This document shows positions 1 to 12,185 of a DNA stretch of 64,000 nt, one piece after another. The stretch is from assembly GCF_001194135.2 (NCBI RefSeq), contig NC_068984.1, positions 52,792,252 to 52,856,251 of the forward strand, given 5' to 3'. Position numbers and translations under genes: made by a program. Numbering within the stretch: position 1 is the first letter of the stretch; every line of letters starts with the position of its first letter. The DNA is from Octopus bimaculoides. Lineage: Eukaryota. Under the pieces are notes generated by a model that searched no databases, was not told where the DNA came from, and worked only from the letters and a program-made list of their open reading frames with translations.

Positions 1-237
1 GTTGCAATTTTTATATAATGACTTGGAGAAAGTATGTTACATAAAAGTATAATTGTTTTGTCACCACTAAACTGAAAAAGGATTTTGATAACATTATCAT
101 CCATCATTATATTTTAACATTTACACTACTGGCATAGTTTAAAAAAGCAACATCTAATTATTACTGTGTTCACTTAATATTATTCTAAGTCTTGTGCATG
201 TGATTGTATGTTCTGCTTTTGCTGTGGTGGTGACTAG

Positions 238-355
238 AGCTGTCCAAGTGTTGAGAAATCGCAGCTCCATGGACGATGACCGCATTTGTGATTTGGAGCA
301 GAAATGCAAAGATGCAGAGCTGTTTGCTTCTGAAAGCCAGAAAAAATATGATGAG
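238..355 (+). CDS. Tpm: Tropomyosin alternative exon 4 variant A (divergent; res 126-164 AVQVLRNRSSMDDDRICDLEQKCKDAELFASESQKKYDE)
   Basis: Acceptor TAG at 235-237 and donor GTATGT at 356. It is 118 nt (1 nt + 39 codons), the same length and phase as the muscle-type exon at 1181-1298. The frame is open and keeps VL.NR, D137, RI..LE and K[YF][DE]E. Confidence 0.85.
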
Positions 356-416
356 GTATGTTGTACTGGCCACTTAGTTTGCATGCACTTGTTGACACCA
401 TTTTTTCCCCATACAG

Positions 417-534
417 AGCCAAGAAAGCACTTGAAAACAGAGGTGCACATGATTATGACAGAATCTGCTGTCTAGAAGATATCGCAAGAGAAAACACACA
501 AACAGTTAATGATGCAGAACAGAAATACGAGGAG
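417..534 (+). CDS. Tpm: Tropomyosin alternative exon 4 variant B (divergent; AKKALENRGAHDYDRICCLEDIARENTQTVNDAEQKYEE)
   Basis: Pyrimidine tract and CAG at 414-416, donor GTATGT at 535. 118 nt, same phase, open frame. Conserved LENR, D137, RI..LE and KYEE. Confidence 0.85.
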
Positions 535-864
535 GTATGTTAACGCGAGACGTATTAAGCACGGTTAATTTAAACAGTACGAAAATGATTTAAAGATTCG
601 GATGAAGAAGCAGACAGCTGTTTTGTGTATATATATCTCATTTTTTATTAATATTTTTATTTGTTTTTATTTCAGTGTCAAAGTCTTGTTGATTGTGAGA
701 TGGGGGTCACTTGATGGGTTTTTTTTTTTTTTTTTTTTTCTATTATTAATTGACATATTTCTTTCAGTGTATATTTTTTAAATGTCCATGAAGTTCATGT
801 GCTGAAATTTGGCCTAGTACATTATTTAGATTTAACCTTTTGTTCTTCCACTGTCCGCTGGCAG

Positions 865-982
865 AGCGCTCAAAGTACTTGAAAGCAGGAATCAAGTTGA
901 TGATGAAAGGATAGATCAACTTGAAGCTAATCTCAAAGAAGCTAAGTACATAGCTGAAGAAGGTGATCGCAAATATGATGAG
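865..982 (+). CDS. Tpm: Tropomyosin alternative exon 4 variant C ([39 protein letters not shown])
   Basis: CAG acceptor at 862-864, GT donor at 983. 118 nt, with clearly tropomyosin-like sequence ([28 protein letters not shown]). Confidence 0.93.
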
Positions 983-1180
983 GTGATTTTATGCACCAAC
1001 TGTATGCATGCTTTATTCACTAAAGGTCTATTCACTGCAGTTGAACTTCATATTATCAACATAATATAAATAATGAAGCCACATCCGTTTGTAACATAGT
1101 TAACCCAACTAATACTATCGCCTGCGCTTTAATTGTACCAATTTCTTAACTTATGAGCAATATCTGTTCTGCACCACTAG

Positions 1181-1298
1181 AGGGCGCAAAGTGTTGGAAA
1201 ACAGGAGCCAAGGAGATGAAGAACGTATCGACTTACTGGAGAAGCAATTAGAGGAAGCCAAATGGATTGCTGAAGATGCTGATCGGAAATTTGATGAG
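1181..1298 (+). CDS. Tpm: Tropomyosin exon 4 variant D, canonical molluscan muscle type ([39 protein letters not shown])
   Basis: TAG acceptor at 1178-1180, GT donor at 1299. 118 nt. The translation matches cephalopod muscle tropomyosin as I recall it. Confidence 0.97.
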
Positions 1299-2877
1299 GT
1301 GACAGCTTGGTGTTTGCTGTGCCAGTCTGATGAATTTGGCAAAGTGTTATGATGCTTTCGGAAAAAAAAATGAAATTTTTGACCCAAATTTGGGATTGCA
1401 TTGTTTTTGAAGCCAAAAAGTTTGCTTGGCACTTTTAGAACTCAGATGAAATATGTTTACAGTTCCAATTTCCTCAAAAAAAAAAATAGAAAAGGAAATA
1501 TTAGAAGAGAGACAATAGAAGAAAAGATTGTGATTAGCATTAGTTGTAGATGTTAATGCATGAATTACAGATGTTTCAAAGGCATGTTAAATTACCTTGT
1601 TCATTGGTATTTAATTCAGGATAATGTGTAAAATGTAGGTAGATATATACAACTTAGTACAAAGTTATCTAACATAGCGTAACTTCAATACTAATTCTTA
1701 AGATTAGTTGGATAAGATTTTTTAGTACTAAACCCAGTTTTCTTACGACTTGATGTTTTCTTTTTGTGTGTATGTTTTTTGATAATTGAAATACATTTTG
1801 TTTATATTTTTATTTGTATTTTTTAAAGATTCCTTCAACTTGAATTTCATAACATTATTTTACTTTTTTTTTTTTTTTTTATCCAAATTAATTATCTATT
1901 TTAATTATAACCTTTTGGATATCTACTAATTTAGATATTTACATTTTACTATTTGAATCTTTTCATGATTTACTTCAATAATTTACTGATTAAAATTCAT
2001 CATATTTTATAATTAATGATCACATTTTCATTTAGTTTAATTTTATAAAGGCACTATAATAATATACTTGACAATATAATTTGTTTCTTATTAAAATTTG
2101 GAGGAATCTTAAACTTGACATTTTTCAGATTAGATATTGATATAGTTTTGCATATATATATATATATATATATTTGTTTATAATTTTCATTTTATTTCGA
2201 GGCACCTTAAATCTCAACTTAAATCTTATGAGTTCCCTTCATGCAGCAATGTTCCAACTTAAAAATTAAGGCAAAACTATATTAATATCTAGTTCCTTGT
2301 ATTTTGTCAGTTTTTTTTTTTTTTTTTTTTTTTTTTTTGGTTTGGCTTTATAGTTTTTGTTTTGTTTGGTTTGTTTGTTTTTTAAACTTGATCAGAATTA
2401 TTGAAATTTAAAGCTATTTTTGGGAAACTTAAAAGGACATAAATTTGAAATAACCAACAAAGAAACAACAATATATTAATTTATGTATGCTTCTCTTACT
2501 TTGTAAGCTGAATTATTTATGATATGTAACTGAAGTGTGTATTTCTTTCTTAAAAGTATTTCTAAATTTAAATTTACTTTGTTGTTAATAATGAAATGGT
2601 ATTATTTTTAAAAACATATTTCTATACATTGAGAGAAAAATACTATTCTTCTGTCTATATATATACATATCATTTTACAGTAAATACTTTTAATGTTAAG
2701 ATTGTTAGGATTTTGCAAAATTATAAGGAAAACAATTTTTGCATGATAATTCTGTACATAGATCATAAAGAAACTTGCATGTTTTATGGGAATGCGTGCA
2801 AGTTGTGTGCCACTAATGTTCAGCTACTAACACAAACTCTTTAAAGAGCATAGTGGTAACACATCTTTCTTACGCAG

Positions 2878-2948
2878 GCTGCCCGTAAACTGGCAATAAC
2901 AGAAGTAGACCTTGAGCGTGCTGAAGCCCGTTTAGAGGCTGCAGAAGC
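2878..2948 (+). CDS. Tpm: Tropomyosin exon 5 variant a, canonical (AARKLAITEVDLERAEARLEAAEA)
   Basis: CAG at 2875-2877, GTGAGT at 2949. 71 nt (23 codons + 2 nt), the classic tropomyosin exon-5 size, containing the hallmark ARKLAITEVDLERAE. Confidence 0.97.
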
Positions 2949-3048
2949 GTGAGTATTGTATTTTTTTAAAATTCTTTTCCTTTCACGCAGTCCACAGCTG
3001 ACTTGCCTCCCTTTCTTCTTTTTTTTTTACTTTTATCTTTTTCACTAG

Positions 3049-3119
3049 ACAGTACGCAGACTTAAAGTTGTTGAACATGAATTAGGAATTGCTGAAGAAA
3101 CCAGCTTACATAATAAAAG
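3049..3119 (+). CDS. Tpm: Tropomyosin alternative exon 5 variant b (divergent; TVRRLKVVEHELGIAEETSLHNK+)
   Basis: A 45-nt pyrimidine tract and TAG at 3046-3048, donor GTTGGT at 3120. Exactly 71 nt in the same phase. It aligns ungapped with exon 5a (R, L, E, L and AE positions retained). Confidence 0.8.
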
Positions 3120-5875
3120 GTTGGTTATTTGGTATCAGTCTTTCAGAGAAAGGAAAATGATATGCTATCAGACCCGCTGAATACTGATCTCTTGGCTTGT
3201 TAGGCCAGAGACAACTTCAATCATACCAACGTTAATTTTCCACAAAACCAACCTTGAGTAGCTTTCCAAGTTGATTATTTATGAGCTTTGAAACTTTTGG
3301 TCTGTGAAAGACTGGCAAAGCTGTACAAATGTGATATACAACATCCTAAGAGATGTTTAGTTATTGATTAGTAGTTTAGTTTGTTTAGTTCTCTTAAAAT
3401 TTATAACACATACGCAAATTTGAAAAAAAGAAAATGTTTTTTGTTGAGCTTTAGTTAATTAGTTTTTGTTATATTTTTTGTTTTGTTTTTGTTTATAGTG
3501 TAGCAAGATTTAATTTAAAAGTTACATTCTTTTTTCATTATTTATTATAACAAAATTCATTATGTCTGCATATTTTATTTTTTAAGCAATCATCTCCTGT
3601 TTTATTTATTTGCTATGGAAACCTTTCAGATTGTTTCTGCATCTTGTTCTTTCTCAATTTATGCTAACCATTATTCTAGTCACTAACTCCATTCCTTACA
3701 CTTTTTCTGAGTTCAATGTAGAAACTAGTTAAGTGTGCTTGGATTTGCTACCATTTGTGGTAAGAATTAATGCTGGAAATTAAACCCATCATAGAAAAAT
3801 TAGAATTTACTAATGGATCATGGTGTTGTCTGATAGCATGTTCCATTTGCATAACATTTTCTCTTCCCTGCCTTTTTCCTTTAAATTGACATGAAAGAAA
3901 GAAGCAATAATTTTTTAAAATTCTAACAGATAGTTTAAATGTTATTTCTAACATAATGTAATATAGATGCTATAATATATTGACTTCAAACCACATCAAA
4001 TTCATTATTGTCTACTTTGTATAAGTATTTCAATTACTATTTCTGCTTATAATGTTGCCAATCTCAAATTCAAAAGATAGTTATTGGCAGATTATTTGAT
4101 GGCAATAATGTTTGATAGAACTTTGTCTAACTTCAGTCATTATTGCTTCTTTCTTTTTTATGGAAATATTTCCTTTTAATATTTCCATTTGTAAAATCTT
4201 AGAATGAGTATTTATTTTTCTATCAAAAGGCTTAAATGAAATGTTACAAATTTAAGAAATTGCTATTTTTAAGAAATTATTTAATATTGCTTAATACTCA
4301 TTCTGTGATGTTTTTTTTTTTTTTTTTTTTTTTTTCAATAACGTGCTTAAAATCTGAAATAAAATCTCAACCATGATCAACTAAATGTCTCAGTAAAGAG
4401 AATATTTATAATTTTTTCCCCAAACATTCATGATACTAAGGTACATAAATTTGGGCTTTCCATAAAAAAATTTTTTTTTTTAAATGTGCCCTAAGATTTT
4501 TTAGGGAAACTAATCTCTTCATAGGTGATCAAATAAAAATTCTATATTATAAAATTACATTTGCGAATTTGAACCCTTTTGAAGTATAATGTGCCCTCGC
4601 CTATATTTGTTGCAATTAAAATAGCATTCACTGCCTTTTGCAACACCATTCTAGAAATTTGTCCATTGCAGGGTCTGAAATATTAAAAGGGTTGAATAAG
4701 ATTAAGTTATTTTCTTTTTAGTTTTGCATTTTTACTCATTCTGCTACTTATCATCATCATAGTGCTTCGCTTCTTTTAATAGCAATAACTCTTATTATAT
4801 TAACTCCTTGATTATACTAATTCTACTAATTAAAGCTGGATGATAACTTTCAATTCGGTAATTGTCTTCAGTTTCAAACAATCTTTTTACATTTCTCAAT
4901 ACAATTTCCCAATGCTGACCATATTTCCTACAGAATGCCAATGAATTAATTTCACTTAGTGGTTCAATGACACAGATAGCTGCAGAATAGAAGAATTTTC
5001 ACCTGTGCTCATATCCTTTCATCTTCCTGGCATTGATAAAATAAATACCAGCTGGAAATCATTGACCAAATTTATTGAAGTCATTGAAAACAGAAATAAT
5101 TTCTTATTCAAATGAAAGAAGTTATATTGTTTATCATCCATCTTATTTTAAAACTCGATTCCTTTTACTAACAACTTCACGAACCATGTTGTCCCACCTT
5201 TTTCATGCTTATCTCTATAGGACTATTTCTTCAGCTTTTAAACAACCCACCCATCCACCCACTTCCTGCTTTTCCTCTCTTAAAATTTTCACCCAACTTT
5301 TCATAATTCTAATATTTTTACCTATTTCTTTAAAACTCTCAAAGTTTTAAAGTCTCCAAATCTCCTCCACCCCATAAATGATAGCTTATCTCTGTTCAGC
5401 AGAGTTCACTGAAATTAGCTTTGATTAGGTGACACACATGGATTAATTCTGCTGACTGACACAACTATATTCCATCTTATTGATGAATTTTTATAAGTTA
5501 CTTAAAGCATTATTTTGCCTGAGAAATTCTTTCCACAAAAATTTTTGAAAACAAAATTTCTTTTCGATATTTTTCATAAAAATCAGAAAAATTTAAGTTT
5601 TCAATGGATAATAAAAAAAATAAATTCAACTGAAATGAACAAATTATTTATCAAAATCTCACCAAAATTATTTGATAGAAAAATTTATATGTTATAGTTC
5701 CATGTTGAGTTGTCATCAGTGGAACCTTTGTTAGCATTTAACCATTCATCCTCCTAATACAATCCTGTGTCAGTTAGCTGATTTTCTTTGTTCTGCTGGC
5801 AAACCTTCGAAAGGAAGTTACTAGTCAGTTTTCCTAGCATGTGATTGATAGCATGTGTGCTGTTGGATTTTATAG

Positions 5876-5951
5876 GCGAGCAAAACAGTTGGAAGAGGAA
5901 ATGACCCTAATCAATAGAAATCTCAAAACACTACAGATTAAAGAAGTAGAG
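5876..5951 (+). CDS. Tpm: Tropomyosin alternative exon 6 variant a (RAKQLEEEMTLINRNLKTLQIKEVE)
   Basis: TAG at 5873-5875, GTAAGC at 5952. 76 nt (1 nt + 25 codons). It aligns with the canonical exon 6 (LEEE, N.K.L.I.E.E) and keeps the heptad core. Confidence 0.88.
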
Positions 5952-6397
5952 GTAAGCTAGTTGTGGTAACTTGTTGGTAGTCATGTTTGATGTTTTACTA
6001 ATTAGTTCTCTTTTTAAAAGTCTTCCTGCAAATTACTATCAATATATAAGGATGCAAAATATTTGAAGAAACTGGTAAGTTTTTGGAGGAAAGATAAAAA
6101 TCTTAAATTCTTACTGGTATTTCAGATATTGTAAAAATTTGCAATCCTTCTATTTTGATATGTGATTTTGTTTATTTTTTTTTAAAAGTTTTTTGGTACC
6201 TTGTACAACAACAGTTTACTAGAAATCTCAATTGGCTTTTCTCTGTTGCTGGTTCTGATTTGGCTGCCTCAGAAGCTGTTTTGGCATAATGCTGGTTGTG
6301 GGCATGCACTGCCTGGACTAGAAATTTCAGTGGTCAATTATTTGGCTGTCCCCTCCCCCTTCAGATAATGATCCCTGTTTTCTCTATGCCATTACAG

Positions 6398-6473
6398 CAA
6401 AAGGCTTGACATTGAAGAACAGCTACATGTAGTTGGTAATACTTGCAAAACAATTGAGGTCCAATGCGAACAG
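6398..6473 (+). CDS. Tpm: Tropomyosin alternative exon 6 variant b (KRLDIEEQLHVVGNTCKTIEVQCEQ)
   Basis: CAG at 6395-6397, GTAAGG at 6474. 76 nt, same phase. It shares EE.L.VVGN..K..E with the canonical exon 6. Confidence 0.88.
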
Positions 6474-6534
6474 GTAAGGTGCCAATGGGCAGGTTGCAAT
6501 GCTATTTCTGATCATTCTGTATTCTGTATTACAG

Positions 6535-6610
6535 GAAAATCGTAGAGTTGGAGGAAGAGTTGAAGGTTGTGGGCAACAATATGAAATCACTGGAGATCAG
6601 TGAGCAAGAG
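6535..6610 (+). CDS. Tpm: Tropomyosin exon 6 variant c, canonical ([25 protein letters not shown])
   Basis: CAG at 6532-6534, GTAACG at 6611. 76 nt, with the invertebrate tropomyosin hallmark [17 protein letters not shown]. Confidence 0.97.
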
Positions 6611-7967
6611 GTAACGCCACACCTGCATGGTGTTCGATGACGTCAACAAGCTTGAAGCCTCTTGCATGATGAAAAAAAAAAATTAAAACTCAGCGCTTTT
6701 ATATTTTCCCACCCTAAAATGTAGATTCAAACAACTTTTACAATAATCTATTAACAGTCTGAAATTTATTTTGAAGTGGATAGCCTTAATATATTAATAT
6801 ACACTGGGTTTTAAAGATGTAATTGAAGCCTTCATGATTATGATACATGCAGTGACTGATGAGAATTTGATATCTTTGAAAATTTATATGGTTTTCATTT
6901 AACCATCCATAAAGCTGATTCTACCTGAATCTGAAATTTAATCTTCAACTTATCTCAAAAATTTTTCACAATTTTAGTTGTAAAGCATTTGAATATGATA
7001 GTTTTTCTGATGGTAGATCATTTTACTCATAAATCATTGACACATAAATGATTTATTGTAATTCATTTGCTAAAATCTGCAAATAGACATATTGGAGCCG
7101 ACTTAAGAATGAGGTTTCTAAAATAATTTTGACATTAACTTCTCAGAAATATTAATTTTATCACTAAATTTATTGTAAAGATGAAGTTTTTTTTTTTTAA
7201 ATCATACATTTGGATGACATTTGATTGTAAAACAAAATATCACTTGAAAATTATTTTAGTATTTTAATCTTTGTTTTTTACCTAAGAATAGGTGGGAAAT
7301 ATAATTTCTAATATTTGAAACAAGAGCTTGCTTTTAACTTTGGTATGAAAAGTCAATGACTTGATTATTTTAAAAATTTCTTTCAAAAAGCAACCAATCC
7401 TTTAATTTTACTGAATAGAAAATTATGCTTGGATCTTCTAACCAGTTACTGAACCAGGCTTGAGTTAGGGAATCTTACAAAATTAACTTTTTAAAAAAAT
7501 TGTAGCAATTAAGAAACACCAAATTCATTGTGTGGTGTGCTTACAATCAAGCAATGTGTGAATTATTTAATGATTAATACATTTTTTCAGATGTTTATAA
7601 CAGTGCTTGAGACTCAAGTCATAGTGCAGCCAGTCTTCACATAACTACTTGACATCATCGTCATCATCCTTCAATGTTTGTTTTCCATGCTGGCATGGGT
7701 TGGGCCTATTTGATGTTTTAAATTCTGGGTTAACAATTTTAACTATACTTCCAGAAAATGTATATTCTGCTAATTTCTTGGGTCTCAAGCATAATTCCCC
7801 ATTTGTAATAATGTGTTTGTGGGTGTCTTGTGGACTTAAAAATTGAAAACATTAAAATTGTATTTGATGCGTGTGTGGGTGAGTGTATGCATGTGAACAT
7901 GTGTCTTTACATTCACTTACATATGTATGTGTTTGCATATTTGTATATTTATGTGTGTGTGTGTATA

Positions 7968-8002
<35 letters not shown>

Positions 8003-8629
8003 NNNNNNNNNNTACACATACATACACATAAGCAATGACATACACTAACATGTACATTGGCAGCACTTAATTTTAAAGACGAGTAACTGATGATTTAACA
8101 TTGTATCGATTTATTTAATTACTTACTATTCAAACTAATTCTTTTAAATGATATAAATTTAAGCATGAAAATTTTGAATTACCTTCATACTATTATTGAG
8201 AGTATCAATAATGTGACATATATTTGATTTTTAAAATTACTTAATCTAAAGCATTTTGTTTTTTCCAACAAAATGGAGTGTGAGACGAGTAAAATCACAT
8301 GACATTAATACTTAGGTACTGGTAATTTCTCAAAAAGAATCTTGCCTACAGATCATTGATTTATAACTAAGTTGGATGGTCTCATTAAATAGAATTTCTT
8401 ATTTTTGGTTCTATAATTATACAAGTCACTTGGTTTTCTTTCTCGAATACTGACGTCAGTGCCAAAATGTGAAGATTGTGCTAGCTGCAACAGCATTCAG
8501 ATTGTCTTGCTTTTGAGGAATTAATTGATTATTCCAGTGGCATGCATCAGGTTGCTGCCAAGCTGAAAAATCTATGATTAGCCTAAATGTTTTCTAACAT
8601 AGATTCATACTCTTTTCCAAAATATTCAG

Positions 8630-9080
8630 ATAGGCTGTACCGGCATGGTAACTTCAACTAATGTATGGACCAGCCATTGAACCATACAGGCAGCCTCCAA
8701 ATCATGCCCATGCCACCACTATGCTTAACTGTCAGATTCTTACACTTTGTGGGAAGTTTTCCTCTTATACAGTGTCAGATATATATAAATTAAATTTCAA
8801 CATGACCAACTCCACAAACCTGACCTGTTTCAGTTAAATTTTGGTGGCAGTAACATCTTGTATTTTTGTGAGCATCATTTCAAAATGTCAGTTGAGGTCA
8901 TTTTTCTATTCTCCATCAACAAATAGTGAATGTATCAAGCCACTCTTTCAGTAAATCTTTCATAGCTACTCTGATTAAGGCCCATCAGAGTTACTAGTAC
9001 TCCCTGAGGATCCATCTTCAACAGCTGTAGATCAAAAACTCTATTCCAGTTTATGCAGTTGTATCTCTGATAAACTTTTA
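8630..9080 (-). mobile_element. Possible decayed Tc1-type transposase relic in the intron
   Basis: The stretch CAGCCTCCAAATCATGCCCATGCCACCACTATGCTTAACTGT resembles the antisense strand of Tc1 transposases. There is no intact ORF and I saw no TIRs. Boundaries are approximate. Confidence 0.3.
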
Positions 9081-10100
9081 CATTTATCTTATATAATCAA
9101 ATAATTTTTAATGATTTGTCTTACTTAGAAGTGGTATTCATTAACTTTATTAACTCTGTCCATAAACGCATTGTGTCAATTAAAATTTTTGTGCTTACAT
9201 AATCTAAAAGAGTAAAAAAAAATATTTTTTTCTTATGTATTTAGTTTGAATTGCAAGTGACAGTAAACTTAATGTTCAGTTGTCAGTATACTCTTAACTC
9301 TAAACTAAGTAATGCCACTGTATGTATAAAGAGTTTAGCTTTACACCAATTAGTCCACTTGACATTATTTTTCCCTTGTGCATGACCAATTTTCGGCTAG
9401 TACAACTGAAACAAACTCAAATATTTTTGTATGGATTCATCTATGAAAAGTTCAGCCTCAAGCAATTCACTGATGATTGTGAATTTCATTCTTGGAGCTA
9501 TTTTTATCTCTAAGGAATATTGTCAAACTACAGTCATTTAGTGGAATTACCATTAAACTTTGTTCATAAAACATGTACTTGCAGAGTGAGGGTACTTGTG
9601 AACTCCACTCATAAAGATGACTGATGGATTCCACTCATAATGCCAGAAAACTTATGGAGTTCTCCTGTAAAACAAGAATGTTAGTGAAACTTACTTGGGG
9701 AAAGAGAATACTGGCTGACTTTACTGTTTGGCATCTATTTTTTCTTCTATAGTTCTTTAAGAATCCATTCCTATGCTTAGTTGATTTGTTTCATTTGTAT
9801 AATAGCTGATTTCTAATATAATTATGAATCTTGTGCATTAATAATCAACTGGATCTTAACATTAAACTCTTATTATAAATTTAAATACATCAAAGTATTA
9901 GATATTTACAGTTATCTTGAAGTACACATTTTATGAATTTCATTATTCTGCTTAATTCCTTCAAATAATTAAAGCCTTTTATCAGTCATATAATAATCTA
10001 TAAAAACTTTCTACGATATTAAAGTTTGATATTTAGATCCAGGTGCTAATTAAAAATATCTTAGTTATTTTGTTGGCTCATCTGAAATTCTGTTTTATAG

Positions 10101-10163
10101 GCCTCCCAAAGAGAGGACAGCTACGAAGAGACTATTCGGGATCTGACACACAGATTGAAGGAG
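10101..10163 (+). CDS. Tpm: Tropomyosin exon 7, apparently constitutive (ASQREDSYEETIRDLTHRLKE)
   Basis: TAG at 10098-10100, GTGAGT at 10164. 63 nt with the hallmark sequence. I found no second variant by eye. Confidence 0.97.
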
Positions 10164-11821
10164 GTGAGTTTATATCTTTTTTTTTTTTTTTTATCCAATA
10201 TCTGTACTCATTTGATTTTATGTATTTAAATATCAACTTAGAAGTTAAAATGAAAGAAAAGAGAGAATCATTTACTTACCCATAAAAAAATGTGTCTTTA
10301 ATAAAGCAAAAGTCTCAGCAGAAACCTTTTGTCTGCCATTTTCTTCTTTGAATTGAGCAATGTCCTTATGCAATAGTAAATTTACCTGATTTTGTTCTCT
10401 CAGGTATGCAATTGTATATTCTAATTGTATTTATTTATTTTAAAGTTCTGTTATTCTGTTATTGCTAGCAGTACATGTGTATAAAAGGTTAAACAAATGC
10501 ACACAGATGATCTCATGCTCTTAATTGGTTGCCTCATAGTCAGTCAACTAATATTATTCTGCTATGAGACTATATTTTAAAAATATACATATACTTTCAA
10601 ATTCTAAACTGATATTGCTGAGACAGAGAGAATTGGAGGATCTCTCAATAATTGAGATTAACTTTTTTAATTTAACCCTTTTGTTACCATCCACTGAGAC
10701 TTTCTCTATTACTTCGATACAAGTGTCCAGTTGTATTTGTAGTTGAAAGATCCTCCAAAATGTTGATTCCTTTCAAAACTAATTGAAATGCATTTAGTGT
10801 ATTTTGTTAGAAAAATGGTCACAAAAGGGTTTTTTAAAAAGAATGGACAATTCAAATTGCTAATAACCAATTTAAATGTGATATTTCATAAGCACTTTTT
10901 AATTACTGTTTTTGTTTTCTCCGCTGCACAAGATATCTTACAATATTATTTTCATAGTTATAAGAAACATTTTCTATCAATTTCTTTAGAAAACATTCTG
11001 TATTTTAATTTTAACTCAATATTAATTTTCATATCTTATTAAAATATTTCATTGATTGTCATTTCTCAAAATTAGTTCTTCAGCAAAAATAAAGTTCCTA
11101 GTGGATATACTGAAAAATTCTGTATTGGAAAATTTTCTTAGATTTGGTATTTTACCAATCTATTGCACCATCAAATAAGTTTTCAGAAGCTTATTTGGTA
11201 TCTTTGCTATACCTATGATTAAATATTGCATAATTTAAAGTACTACGCTTCTAGCTTGTGTATTTCCTCATTCTAAACTTAAAAAGTTGTTGGAGGATGA
11301 CATTTTGTGCCATATGAGCTTATATTTACTGGTTATCAGAAGAGGCACTATGTCTGAATGGAATAGATTTTTGCCACTAATTTATGGCAGCTATTAAAAT
11401 AGCACCACAAAGCAAGGAGCTTAATTTTATTTACCCCACTTCACATATAGAGAAAATCGGTAAGCTTGGTCAAGATAAACAATACACTACCCATCTTATC
11501 CACTAGATGTCTCATTTACTTAACACTTCAATAAATAAGCATTAAAATTTGTAATATGAAGCTATGATAAATATTTTCTATGCATGTGTTCTTTTGAGTG
11601 GGTGGGGGTGATGAAACTATTTAAATGATTTTGCTTATTATTTTAAATATAAAATTTGATTGAGAAAAATATACTGGGTTATTTCATTTTGTAATCTCTT
11701 ATTTTTTGAAGTGTAGGTAAAACATTTCTCTCTAGGTTCTGCTTGGAGAGTTGTTCTTGCTTTTTTTGTTTATTCATTCTACATGGTGTTTCACTGGCCT
11801 CCTGTCTTTGTCTAATGCTAG

Positions 11822-11891
11822 GCTGAGAACCGTGCCGCTGAGGCTGAAAGAACTGTTTCCAAGTTGCAGAAAGAGGTTGACAGACTGGAAG
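11822..11891 (+). CDS. Tpm: Tropomyosin exon 8 variant a, canonical (AENRAAEAERTVSKLQKEVDRLE+)
   Basis: TAG at 11819-11821, GT at 11892. 70 nt (23 codons + 1 nt), with the hallmark ERTVSKLQKEVDRLE. Confidence 0.97.
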
Positions 11892-12115
11892 GTATTATCA
11901 AAGACTGTGTGTCTTTGCTTGTGTGTGTTTGGTTGTCCTTGTTGGTACAACAGAGCTGCTGTTGCTGTTTTAATTTAGGAAAATTTAGCAGCTCCTTTTC
12001 ACAGATAGTCTTATAGCAGCAGACATTATTGTTGGATTCACTGCTAACTGCATGTATGAAGTTATAAAGCATGGCTTTGGTTGTCTTATAGATGTGATTC
12101 TAATTAATTTATTAG

Positions 12116-12185
12116 GCTGAAAATCGTACAGAATGTGCTGAGCGCGAATGTAACCTGTTACATAAAGGCAAAGCTGTGTTAGAGG
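12116..12185 (+). CDS. Tpm: Tropomyosin alternative exon 8 variant b (divergent; AENRTECAERECNLLHKGKAVLE+)
   Basis: TAG at 12113-12115, GTGAGT at 12186. Exactly 70 nt, same phase. It shares AENR...AER and L.K...LE with exon 8a. Confidence 0.85.

Noticed and set aside
541-640. CpG-rich patch after exon 4B, with AAACAG followed by the frame YENDLKIRMKKQ
   Set aside because: The intron would be only ~43 nt, there is no homology to any tropomyosin exon, and no donor sits at a matching length.
661-720. TTTCAG followed by GTC AAA GTC TTG (VKVL), resembling the start of an exon-4 variant
   Set aside because: The phase does not match the 118-nt exons, similarity ends after four codons, and it runs into poly-T with no donor. 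At most an unrecognisable relic.
5398-5440. CAGCAG followed by SSLKLALI, reminiscent of AARKLAIT (exon 5)
   Set aside because: There is a stop after nine codons and no 71-nt exon structure.
6265-6345. Frame reading ...GCGHALPGLEISVVN, with G and LEIS in register with exon 6c
   Set aside because: There is no AG or GT at the 76-nt boundaries, and Pro/Trp residues are incompatible with a coiled coil. Chance or a long-dead fourth copy; not supportable.
10381-10410. Pyrimidine tract + CAG|GTATGC, resembling a recursive splice site
   Set aside because: The intron is only ~1.7 kb and such motifs arise by chance; it cannot be supported without lariat or nascent RNA data.
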